Below the pieces are notes generated by a model. That model was given only the letters and a program-made list of their open reading frames with translations, was not told the origin of the DNA and did no database searches. A DNA stretch of 64,000 bases. It comes from an uncultured Planctomycetota bacterium. GTDB taxonomy: Bacteria > Planctomycetota > Planctomycetia > Isosphaerales > Isosphaeraceae. Position numbers and translations under genes: made by a program. The DNA is taken from positions 576,001-640,000 of the forward strand of contig CAWJTV010000020.1 in NCBI GenBank assembly GCA_963845755.1, given 5' to 3'. Position 1 is the stretch's first letter, and the number at the start of each line of letters is the position of its first letter. This document shows positions 22,236 through 32,630 of this stretch, one piece after another.

Positions 22236-23610
22236 ATGAACATGACCACGAACCGTCGATCGTTCCTGTTCGGGGCCTCGGTCGCGGGCTTCGGCATCCT
22301 GGTCGAGGGCCGGAGGGGCTGGGCCGGGGGCGTCGGGCCGAACGAGACCTTGCAAATCGCCTGCATCGGCGTGGGCGGCAAGGGATCCGGCGACACGGAC
22401 CAGGCGGCCAACCACGGCCGGGTCGTCGCCCTTTGCGACATCGACCAGAAGCGGCTGGACCAGAAGGCCGCGAAGCACAAGGACGCCAAGCCGTACAACG
22501 ACTACCGCGAGTTGCTCCATGAGCTAGGCCCGCGGATCGACGCGGTGGTCGTCTCGACGCCGGACCACCACCACGCCCCGGCCGCCGTGACGGCCATGCG
22601 CATGGGCAAGCACGTCTACTGCCAGAAGCCGCTGACCCATTCCGTCTGGGAGGCCCGGCTGATGCGCGAGACGGCCCGTCAGAAGAAGGTCTGCACGCAG
22701 ATGGGCAACCAGGGGACGGCCCATCCAGGCTTCCGCCGGGGCGTCGAGCTGGTGCGCGCGGGAGCCCTCGGCGACATCACCGAGGTCCACGTCTGGACCA
22801 ATCGGCCGTTCAAATACTGGCAGCAGGCGCCCGACATCGTGGCGCGGCCCAAGGAGGAACCCGTCCCGGAGCATGTCCACTGGGACCTGTTCCTGGGTTC
22901 GGCCCCCGAACGGCCCTACAATCCGGTCTACCATCCCCACAACTGGCGAGGATGGTGGGATTTCGGCACCGGCGCCCTGGGCGATATGGCCTGCCACACC
23001 ACCAACCTGCCCTTCATGGCCTTGCAGCTCGGGCTTCCCGTGAAGGTCTCGGCCAAGAGCAGCGAGATCAACTCCGAGACCTATCCCGCCTGGTCGACGA
23101 TCACCTACGAGTTCCCGGCCCGAGGCAACCTGCCCCCGGTCAAGCTCACCTGGTATGAAGGCGCCAAGGACGGCAAGCGCAACCTGCCGCCGGCGCCGCC
23201 TGTTCCCTGACGGGAGCTTCCAGCCTTCCGACAGCGGCTCGCTGATGCTGGGCTCGAACTGGCGGATGTACTCCCCCAACGACTACGGGGCCAACCAGGT
23301 GTTCTGGCCCAGGGGCGAGTACAAGGATCTCAAGGTCCCCGAAGCGTCATTGCCACGTCTTGCGGGCGGGCGTGATATCGACAACAACCACAAGCGCGAG
23401 TGGGTCGAGGCCATCCATGCCGGCAAGCCGGAGATCGCCCTGTCGAACTTCGATTACTCCGCGACGCTCACCGAGGCCATGCTCCTGGGCAACATCGCCG
23501 TCCGCTCGGGCGAAGCCTTCGACTACAATCCCGAGACCGGCGAGATCACCGGCAGCTCGAAGGCGTCCCAGTACCTCAAGCCGTATTTCCGCAAGGGGTG
23601 GGAAATCTGA
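22236..23610 (+). CDS. Tat-exported Gfo/Idh/MocA family oxidoreductase (frameshift near 23195)
   Basis: NRRSFL; IACIGVGGKG; STPDHHH; HVYCQKPL; WRGWWDFGTGALGDMACH. Confidence 0.92.
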
Positions 23611-23613
23611 GCG

Positions 23614-24455
23614 ATGGCCGGTAACACGTCATCGAAGCCGAGTAATGCCGAGCTCTTGAGGGGCCTCGAGCACCTCTCGATCGAAGATGCGTATTTCCAG
23701 GCCTGGGGAAGGGTCGGCGGGGCCGGAAGGCTCCGCCGGACCTTTTCGCTCTACGCCGAGATTCGGCGGATGGTCGAGTTCCAGATCCGCAAGAAGCATC
23801 CAGAACTCGACGCCTGTGAGGTTCAGCGCCTGACAGCCCAGCGGATGTATCTGTCGGATGATGCGCCGCAGCAGTTGCTCGATCGCTCGAGAGGCGGACC
23901 CGTGCAAACAGAAGGCCTGCCGGAAACCATGCGAAGAATCATGACGATTCTCGAAGACCTCGGACCAAGATTCCACTTCACTGGAGGCATTGCAGCCACA
24001 TACTACGGTGACCCTCGGCTCACGCAGGATCTGGACTTGGTGATCCAACTGGCCTCCGAAACGCCCAAAACCCAGGCCTTTCTCGAACATCTCGCGTTGG
24101 GATATCTCTTCCACGAACAGGCTGCGAGGGAGGCCATCGCGAACCACTGCCTCTTCCAGGCGATTGACGAAGCGTCCACGATCAAGATCGATTTCCACGT
24201 CGGTGAAAAGATCCCGGGCGAGCTCGACAGAAGCACTGCGCCGCGAGGTCTTGACGAGACTGGTCGTCCCACTGGTCTCCCAGGAAGACGCGATCCTTTC
24301 CAAGCTCCTCTGGATGAAACTAGGGTGCCATAAGGCCCGGCACGATCTCCGGGCGATGTTGAAGCGCGACGAAGAACTGGATCTGCGCCGTCCTTCACGA
24401 ACGGGCGATGATGCTCGGACTGAGCGATCTCTTGGCCGAGATCGATGCAGAATAG
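23614..24455 (+). CDS. small helical partner plus nucleotidyltransferase-fold protein (toxin-antitoxin-like module; frameshifts near 24238 and 24385)
   Basis: TGGIAATYYGDPRLTQDLDLVI NTase motif, KIDFH, EDAILSKLLW; an upstream segment of about 96 aa reads in frame; internal GTG at 23902. Confidence 0.65.
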
Positions 24456-24518
24456 TAAACCCACCGCATTGTTCGCGAGGTCCGGGATGCGGACAATGGC
24501 CTGGACTGGGATTAGCGG

Positions 24519-24750
24519 CAATACCGTTGAATTCGTGATAAACCGTAGGCAGAGAAGGGCCTGGTTCTCGTTCCCACGCTCCCGCGTGGGAATGCCGTCC
24601 TCGACGCTCCGCGTCGGCTGCGTCACGCCGCAGTGGAGACACCGCGGGGACGCAGAGCGTCCCAGAAGGGTGTTCCCACGCGGGAGCGTGGGAACAAGTC
24701 GTTCGCAAGTCCTGTCCTTACTCCTGGTTAGCGCTAATTCAACGGTATTG
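24519..24750. mobile_element. 232-bp MITE with IS4-like ends
   Basis: perfect 15-bp TIR CAATACCGTTGAATT / AATTCAACGGTATTG; 10-bp direct repeat GGATTAGCGG at 24509-24518 and 24751-24760. Confidence 0.88.
24567..24698. repeat. REP-like palindromic doublet inside the MITE
   Basis: CTCGTTCCCACGCTCCCGCGTGGGAA ... TTCCCACGCGGGAGCGTGGGAACAAG inverted pair, with inner GACGCTCCGCGTC / GACGCAGAGCGTC. Confidence 0.8.
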
Positions 24751-24891
24751 GGATTAGCGGGTCGTTGAGAACTCCTCGACGATCCGGACCGGCCGCCCAG
24801 ATCCGACAAAGTAGCCATTAGACCGGCTGTCCGGCGGCGGTTACAGTCAGGGCAGCCATCAGGACCGCCCGAATCCTAGGGAGGAGATGCA

Positions 24892-25137
24892 ATGAATCAT
24901 GATCAACTCTTTGACTTGATGCACACGCATCCCTTTCGCCCTTACCGTCTCAAGACAGCGGGCGGGCGTGATATCGCGGTCACTCATCCCGAGGCGATCG
25001 CCTACGGCGGCGAACGCACAGTCGTCGTGGTTCTGCCCGGCGATCGCTGGGAAATCATCGATATCGAGCTGATCGAGTCCATTGAAGGGACGAACGAGCC
25101 GGCCCCGGCCGGAGAGAGCAGGGAGGAGGAAGGCTGA
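24892..25137 (+). CDS. small conserved hypothetical protein
   Basis: GGAGGAG RBS; PFRPYRLKTAGGRDIAVTHPE resembles a common planctomycete small-protein family. Confidence 0.7.
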   Translation: MNHDQLFDLMHTHPFRPYRLKTAGGRDIAVTHPEAIAYGGERTVVVVLPGDRWEIIDIELIESIEGTNEPAPAGESREEEG

Positions 25138-25274
25138 TCGCGCCACCCGGCGGAGCGGCGAAAGCTGACAGGATGAATCGCGCCGATGGCGATGTCGAAG
25201 AATTCCACCGCCGCGACGAATGATACTATCTGAGGTTGGTTCACCGCGTCATCCCGTCGGATTGGGTTGCATCC

Positions 25275-27480
25275 ATGCGCATGCCCGTCAACTTGATGCT
25301 CGCGATTGGCAAGGCGGCCTTGAACCTCGCCGGTGTCGGCCTGGTCGGCGATGCCGTCGAGATCGCCCGCGCCGCCTGGGAAGACTGGAAGAAAAGCCCG
25401 GAGGAACGGCTGGAGGAGCTGGAGGCCCTGGTCGGGGCGGATGACGAGGAGATCGCGTGCGCGGCCGAACACATGGCCGCGGAGCTGACCCCGGGTGAGT
25501 CGGAACCGGTGCGCACGAAACTGGCGACCTTCCTGAAGCAAGTGCCGAGCCGGATTCGCCAGTCCCAGCGCCGACCGGCCGATCCCACCGGACGGACGAT
25601 CCGCCCGGGGTTCGCCGTCAGCCGGCCTGACGACCTGATCCCGTTCATCCCCGACCAGCTTCCTCGCTTCCAGGCCGGAGATCGCCCGCTGCCGGGCTTC
25701 CCTTGGGTGCTGGTCGAGTTGCTGGGCATCGGGGGGTTTGGCGAGGTCTGGAAGGCGCGCCATGCGCACCTCCAATCTCGCGCCCCCGTGGCGCTGAAGT
25801 TCTGCACGGATCCCCAGGCTCGCCGGGTGTTGCGGCACGACGCCAAGGTGATCGATCAGGTCATGCTCCAGGCCCAGCAACTGGGCCTGCATCTCGGGAT
25901 CGTCACGTTGCAGGATGCCAACCTCGACAGCGAGCCGCCATACCTGCAATACGACTACGTCGAGGGCGGCGATCTGGCGGGGCTGATCGGCGACTGGCAT
26001 CGGCAAACAGAGAAGGCTTCCGCCGAGTTGGTCGCGAGAGCGATACTCGAACTGGCCGAGATCGTGGCCTTCGCCCACCGGCTGGATCCGCCGATCGTCC
26101 ATCGCGACCTCAAGCCGGCCAACATTCTGGTACAGAGGGGAGCCGATGGCAGGATCGCGTTCAAGATCACCGATTTCGGTATCGGCGAGATCGCGACCTC
26201 GAAGGCGATCCAGACCAGCCGGCAGGTCACCAGTCCCAGCCAGTTCCTGGCCACGGCCGTGCGCGGCTCGGGAAGCGATCTCTACGCCTCGCCCCAGCAA
26301 TTCGAAGGCAAAAATCCCGACCCTCGCGATGACGTCCACGCCCTCGGCGTCATCTGGTACCAGATGATGACCGGCGACCTGACGCGGGGGCCGTCCGTCG
26401 GCCAGGGCTGGCGCAAACGATTCCTCGAGCAGGGTATGTCGGACGCCATGCTCGAGCTGCTCGGCTCCTGCTTCGAGGAACAAGCGGATCGGCCGACTGA
26501 TGCGGTCGTCCTGGCCGAGACGCTCGCGGCGCTCCTCCAGCCGCCGGTTGTCGAGGCCATGGAGGCGAAGATGACCGAACCCGTGAAGCCCGAGCCGGCG
26601 AAGGTCTCGGAGTCTCCGAAGGAGCTCGTCAACTCGATCGGCATGAATCTGAAGTGGATCCTGGGCGGTGAGTTCCTCATGGGATCGGACGATAGCGACA
26701 AGGACGCCGGAGATAATGAGAAGCCCCAGCATCGCGTTCGCATTACGCAGCCGTACTACCTGGGCGTGCACCAGGTCACGCGCGGTCAGTTTGGACGGTT
26801 CGTCCAGGCAACCCGTTACCAGACCGAAGCCGAGAAGGATGGGGAGGGTGGCTACGGCTGGGACGCGTTGACCGGCGAGTGGGCGGTGGACCCGAAGTTC
26901 ACGTGGAGGTCGCCGGGCTTCGACCAGACCGACGACCATCCGGTCGTAATCGTGGGTTGGAAGGATGCGCTGGCCTTCTGCGACTGGCTGGGCAAGCGAG
27001 AGGGACAGCAATACCGGTTACCAACCGAAGCCGAATGGGAATACGCCTGCCGGGCAGGGAGCACGACGCGATACTACAGTGGGGATGATCCGGAGACATT
27101 GGTGCAGGTGGGGAACGTGGCGGATGCGACGGCCAAGGAGAAGTTCCCGAAATGGACGACGATCGCAGGTCGTGACGGCTATGTATTCACGGCGCCGGTC
27201 GGGCAGTTTCGTCCGAATGCTCTTGGACTCTTCGACATGCACGGAAATGTCTGGGAGTGGTGTTCGGACTGGTATGGTGGCGATTACTACAAGCAATTCA
27301 AGCAATCGCCTGCGATTGACCCGCTGGGGTCTGAGCGGGCCGGGTCCCGGGTGATCCGGGGCGGGGGCTGGTTCACCCACGCGCGGTACTGCGCGGTCGG
27401 CGTACCGGCGCGGCGATGAGCCGGAGGCCGGGAACATCAACCTGGGCTTCCGCGTCGCCCGGGTTCAATCCGGTGGTTGA
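25275..27480 (+). CDS. Ser/Thr kinase fused to a C-terminal FGE-sulfatase (SUMF1/C-type-lectin fold) domain (frameshift near 27395)
   Basis: LGIGGFGEVW, HRDLKPAN, DFG; NSIGM, RLPTEAEWEYACRAG, DMHGNVWEWC, RVIRGGGW; NLGFRVAR after the shift, stop at 27480. Confidence 0.9.
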
Positions 27481-27644
27481 GTTCAGTAGGTCAGGTTTTC
27501 CAGTGTGATGGAGTTCTCAGGAGCGATTCTGGGATTGCGCAGGCATGGCGGGCGACACCGCGAAGCTGCCCCTGGGGGCTCAATCCGGATGGCCAGTCAT
27601 GCTATACACTTGACATGGATTGCCCATCGCTCGGAGAGACACCC

Positions 27645-28241
27645 ATGAGCGCCTACGACGAACCCCACCCGGGAGAACGAAGCAACCATCCTCTTGCGCC
27701 GCTTCACAGATTCGAGCCCGGCGCGCGGGAGGAGGCGATCTCGACCCTGAGGGCACTCGATCGCGAAGCGGTGATTCGCGAATTGACTGGACTACTCAAC
27801 GATCGAGACCCGGAGTCCCGTTGCGATGCTTCGGAAGCCTTGTTGCTCATCGACGCTGATCAGGCGATCGATCGGATTCCGCCCCTCGTGACGGATCCCG
27901 TGAGCGCCGTGCGATGGAATACCTGCGGGTTGCTCCACGATTTCGGCGATCGGCGAGCGATTCCCATGCTCGTTCAGGTGTTGCTCGGCGATCCCGAAGG
28001 TGACGTTCGATTGATGGCCGCTTACGCCCTGGGCGAGATCGGGGATCACACCGCTGTGTCAGCTCTTCGGCAGGCGTCACAGTCGGATGATGGCACCGAC
28101 CACGAAGGTCGTCGCGTTCGCGACGCTGCTGCGGAAGCCGCCGAGCGTATTGTGGCGCAAGCCGTGAAATTTCTCGAAAGCGGCTGTCTGCAACGACATG
28201 CAGCATCCGCCATTGACCACACCAGCCTGGTAAGCCCTTGA
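27645..28241 (+). CDS. HEAT repeat protein
   Basis: LLNDRDPESRCDASEAL, DPVSAVRWN, DPEGDVRLMAAYALGEIGD repeats. Confidence 0.8.
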   Translation: MSAYDEPHPGERSNHPLAPLHRFEPGAREEAISTLRALDREAVIRELTGLLNDRDPESRCDASEALLLIDADQAIDRIPPLVTDPVSAVRWNTCGLLHDFGDRRAIPMLVQVLLGDPEGDVRLMAAYALGEIGDHTAVSALRQASQSDDGTDHEGRRVRDAAAEAAERIVAQAVKFLESGCLQRHAASAIDHTSLVSP

Positions 28242-28408
28242 CGTGCACGACCTAACGCTGTGGTGGAGTACGGTCTCGAATTCCTTCGGTGTTTCGGCGA
28301 CAATCAGCTCAGAGGCTTCAGTCCGATCGTAGACCGGCCGTTGGTGTTCGGTCTGTCGCAACCCAACCGAACGAGTTCCCGCCGAGTCGCCCACCGGAGA
28401 TTCCGTCG

Positions 28409-30612
28409 ATGCGCGTTTCCTTGACCAGGTTCGGGACGTTCCTCGCCGCAGTGTTTTGTTGCTGCCCCTCTCCACACGTTCACGGCGACGAGCCGGTCAA
28501 GCCGACCGCGTCGGCCTCCGAGACCAACCCAGCCGTCCCGGCGCCCGGCCATTCGGTGCACGGCGAGGCGTTCAACGACGGGCCTCGGCATGCCGCTTAC
28601 CTCATGCCAGGGATGGGCAAGTCCCACTTCGCGGCGACCACCAAGAAGCCCGAGGCGCAGGCGTTCATCGATCAGGGCGTCGCACAGCTCCATTCGTTCT
28701 ATTACCTCGAATCGGAGCGGTCGTTCCGACAGGCCGCCAGGATCGATCCGGATTGCGCCATCGCCTACTGGGGCATGGCCATGTCCAACGTCAATAACGC
28801 CAAGCGCGCAAGGAGTTCCTCAAGGATGCCCGCAAGCGGGCCGCTTCGGCTTCCCGCCGCGAGCAGCTCTATATCGATGCCCTCGAGGCTCTCTACAAGG
28901 AGGGCGGCAACCAGGGGAACCGGCAACGGAACTGGCTCCATGGGCTCGAGCTGGTTGTCCAGGACTTCCCCGACGATATCGACGCGCCGCGCCTGGGCGT
29001 CGATGGTCGCCTGGCAGTCGGCCGGTAGCGGGAGCCCGAACCGAGTCTGGATGGATACCATGATCGACTCGGTCCTGCTGGCCGAGCCAATGCATCCCGG
29101 CGCATCACTACCGCATCCACCTCTGGGACGGCGTCAAGCCGATCCTGCGCCGAGAAGTCGGCGGCGCTGTTCGGCCCATCCGCGCCGGGGATTGCCCATG
29201 CCTGGCACATGCCCGGACATACTTACACCGGGCTGAAGCGTTATGCCGACGCCGCCTACCAGCAGGAGGCATCGGCACGCGTCGACCACGCCTACATGAT
29301 CCGCGACCGCGTCATGCCGTTCGAGATCCACAACTACGCCCACAACAATCAGTGGCTCTGCACGAGCTACAGCCACATCGGCCGGGTTCACGACGCGATC
29401 GCCGTGGCGCGGAACCTCGTCGAACAGCCCCGCGACCCGCAGAAGAACGGCCCGAACGACGGCGGCTCGCCACAGCGGAGCGGCCGGATCCGCTGGGCGG
29501 AGATCCTGACTCGGTACGAGCTCTGGGACGACCTGATCGAAGCGACCACCTCCGGCGTGCTCGACTGGTCGAACGTCCCCCAGGAGCAGCGCGAGAAGGC
29601 GTACGCCCTCGGCCAGGCGTATGCCGCCAGGAACGATGCCAAGAAGCTGGCCGAGCAGATTGCCGCCCTCAAGAAACTGACCATCGCGTCGGCCAAGACC
29701 GCGCTGGCGGAGCTGGAAGGCTACCAGCATCTGGCCCGCGGCGAGATCGGCCCGGCGTTCGACCAGTTCGCCAAGGCGACCTCGATGCGCCCCGAAGGGC
29801 TGGCTCGTGCCCACCTCGCGGCCCGAAACTACGGCTTTGCGGAGACCACGGCGCGGAAGGGCGTCGATCAGAATCCGAACCTGGTCGCCCCGCTGGCCGC
29901 CCTGGTCGAGATCCTCCAGGCCGCCGGCAAGGAGAAAGACGCGCGCGAGGCCTACGGAAAGCTCGTCCCCATCGCCCGATGGGCCGACCGCGACCTGCCG
30001 GTCTTCCGTCGCCTCGAGCCGGTCATCGCTCGCTGGAAGGCCGACAAGTCCTGGTCGCCCCCCACTTCCGAGCCCGCCCAGCGCACCGGTTCCGATGAGA
30101 CGGCCATCAACCGGATCAACCTGACGACCCTCGGGCCGCTGGTCTGGTCGCCCACCTCCGCCGCGCCGTTCTCCGCCGCCGATACCACCGGCAAGCCGTG
30201 GTCCCTGGCCGCCCATAAAGGGAAGAACATCCTGGTCCTCTTCTACCTCGGCGGCAAGTGCGCCCACTGCATGCAGCAGCTCGAGACGTTCGGCAAGGAG
30301 TACGAGGCCCTCAAGAAGTTGAACGTCGAGACCGTCGCCATCGGCAGCGACGACGCCGACGCCACCAGGACCCTCAAGAACAACAAGGATGCCGTCAAGT
30401 TTCCCATGCCGATGCTGGCCGACCCCAAGCTCGACGTGTTCAAGCGCTACCGGGCCTACGACGATTTCGAAAGCCAGCCGCTCCACGGCACTTTCCTCAT
30501 CGACGCGCAGGGCAACGTCCGCTTCCAGCGCATCTCATCCGACCCGTTCCTCGAGGTCGAGTTCATCAAGGCCGAGGCCGAGCGAGTCGATCGGATGATG
30601 AAGCGGAAATGA
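28409..30612 (+). CDS. exported TPR-like plus peroxiredoxin/redoxin domain protein (several frameshifts 28810-29145)
   Basis: signal peptide; GHSVHGEAFNDGPR, AIAYWGMAM, AHAWHMPGH; C-terminal FYLGGKCAHC...HGTFLID redoxin domain. Confidence 0.8.
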
Positions 30613-30735
30613 CGGAGTGCGATCGGATCGGAAGGGCATCACGTTGCGACGTCTCTTCCGATCGGGCACCGCCGTAACGGCCATCCCTTTCACGACTAAC
30701 GTGTGACGCTGCTCCAGGAAAACGAGGAGGTTCTC

Positions 30736-31211
30736 ATGCCAGTCGACACGGGCAAGGTCCAGAACCGTCGCAAGGTCGAATACGCGTCGCTCCAGGATGT
30801 GCTCGTCGATGCCGAACGGATGGCCTCGGGCAACGCCAAACCCCTGGGCAACTGGTCGGCCGGCCAGATCTTCGCGCATCTCGCCAAGATCATGAACAAC
30901 TCGATCGATGGCTCCGACCTCAAGGTGCCCTGGTATTTCCAGATGTTGGGACGTCTGTTGAGAAAGAAGATGCTCCGGGGCCCGATGTCGCCAGGAATCA
31001 AGCTCCCCGATTGGGCCGCCCGGTCTCTCGTGCCGGGACCGACCTCGACCGAGGAAGGTCTCGACGCCCTGAGGAACGCCATCGCTCGGCAGGAACGCGA
31101 ATCCACCCGCGCCCGGACCCCCTCTTTGGGCCCCTCACTCGTGAGGAGTGGATGCAGATCCACCTCAAGCATGCGGCTCTTCACATGAGCTTTCTCGCTC
31201 CGCAGAATTGA
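30736..31211 (+). CDS. DUF1569 (DinB-like) protein (frameshift near 31120)
   Basis: GGAGG RBS; GNWSAGQIFAHLA; FGPLTREEWMQIHLKHAALHMSFL. Confidence 0.85.
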
Positions 31212-31366
31212 CCGCGACGCGTTGGTGGCTGAGAAACGCCGGCCTCGTGCCGCGATCGACGAATGCGGCACGCTCCCAACCTTGACCGCCGGATGAATTG
31301 TTGTAGAACTTAATAGTTAGGATTCCGAGGAAATGAGGGAGGACCCCTCGCTGCCTGGCCGGTCTG

Positions 31367-32630
31367 ATGAGAAATGGGTCCCGGTTCTTGCCGGGATTCA
31401 CGAGGAGGGTCATCCTGATCGCTCGAAATGGAGAGGGATTCGGACGTGGCGCCGGAAGGGGCGTGCTCGTCATCGGCGCCGGCGTCAGTGGCCTGACGAC
31501 GGCTCTCTGCCTGCGCCAGCGAGGTTTCCCGGTCACGGTAGTTGCAGACCGATTCGCCCCGAGGGTCACCTCGGTCGTTGCCGGTGCCCTGTGGGAATGG
31601 CCGCCCGCAGTTTGCGGTCACCACCAGGACCAGGTCTCATTGGCTCGCTCCAAGACCTGGTGTGAGACCTCCTACGAGGTATTCTCGGACCTCGCCGCCA
31701 ATCGGAAGACGGGCGTATTCCTCAGGCCCGCCACGTTTTATTTCCATAGGCCGATCGAGGAAGACCCTCGTCAGGCCGTGAAGATGCGAGAGGTGAAGGG
31801 TAAGGTTCGGGGCTTCCGCCATGATGCCGGACGGATCGAGGCCAATCGCATCAATCCTGCGCTGGGACTCCGGGACGCCTATTCCTACCTGGCCCCGATG
31901 ATCGATACGGACGTCTACATGACGTGGCTACTCGGTGAAGTTCGGAGGGCCGGCTGCCGCATCGTCGAGGCGCAGGCTCATCGGCCCTCTTCGCGAGCAG
32001 GAGGACGTGCTGGCAAGCCAGTACCAGGTTGACGCGATCGTCAATTGCTCGGGCCTGGGAGCCGCGGAGCTGGCCCAGGACGCGATGTATCCGCTCCGAG
32101 GCGCGCTCGTCCGGGTCCGCAATGATGGAAAGCGGTTCCCGCGCGTCACCCAGGCGCATTGCGTCTCCCACGACGGCTCGACCGAGGAGCCGGGCTTCAT
32201 CTTCATCGTGCCGCGTGGCGACGACCTGCTCGTCCTGGGCGGCCTGGCCGAGGTCGACGCATGGGACCTGGACATCGGTCTGCATAACCACGAGCTCATC
32301 CGCGAAATGTATCGTCGATGCCTCGAGTTCCTCCCGATCCTGGAAAGAGCGGAGATCGATGCTGTCGAGCCGGTCCGCGCGGGCTTGCGGCCGTGCCGTC
32401 GCCAAAATGTCCGGCTGGAATGGGAAGAGGGCACGCGGATCATCCACAATTACGGCCACGGCGGCTCGGGGGTCACGTTTTCTTGGGGTTGTTCCCTCGA
32501 AGTCGCTCGGCGCGTGGAGGAACTCCAGCGGCGCAGTGGGTCCGGGTTTCCCGCCTGTCGAGTCATCATACTTGAGATGGAAAGCCTGATCGACATCACG
32601 CCTATGGCTCCGCCCGCACGTCCCAGATGA
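31367..32630 (+). CDS. FAD-dependent D-amino acid oxidase family protein (frameshift near 31970; start uncertain)
   Basis: VIGAGVSGLTTA, TSVVAGALW, VNCSGLG, GLRP.R, HNYGHGGSGVTFSWG. Confidence 0.88.

Noticed and set aside
25002..27011. 669-aa minus-strand ORF, and similar long ORFs at 36468-38429, 59767-61569 and 29134-30486
   Set aside because: Antisense shadows of well-supported genes in high-GC DNA; no recognisable motifs.
25275..28241. Complete DGR cassette
   Set aside because: No reverse transcriptase, avd or AAC-rich template repeat was seen in the window; only a candidate target is reported.
31282..31310. Sigma70-like promoter upstream of the D-amino acid oxidase gene
   Set aside because: TTGACC-N16-TAGAAC is only a partial match and the gene start is uncertain.
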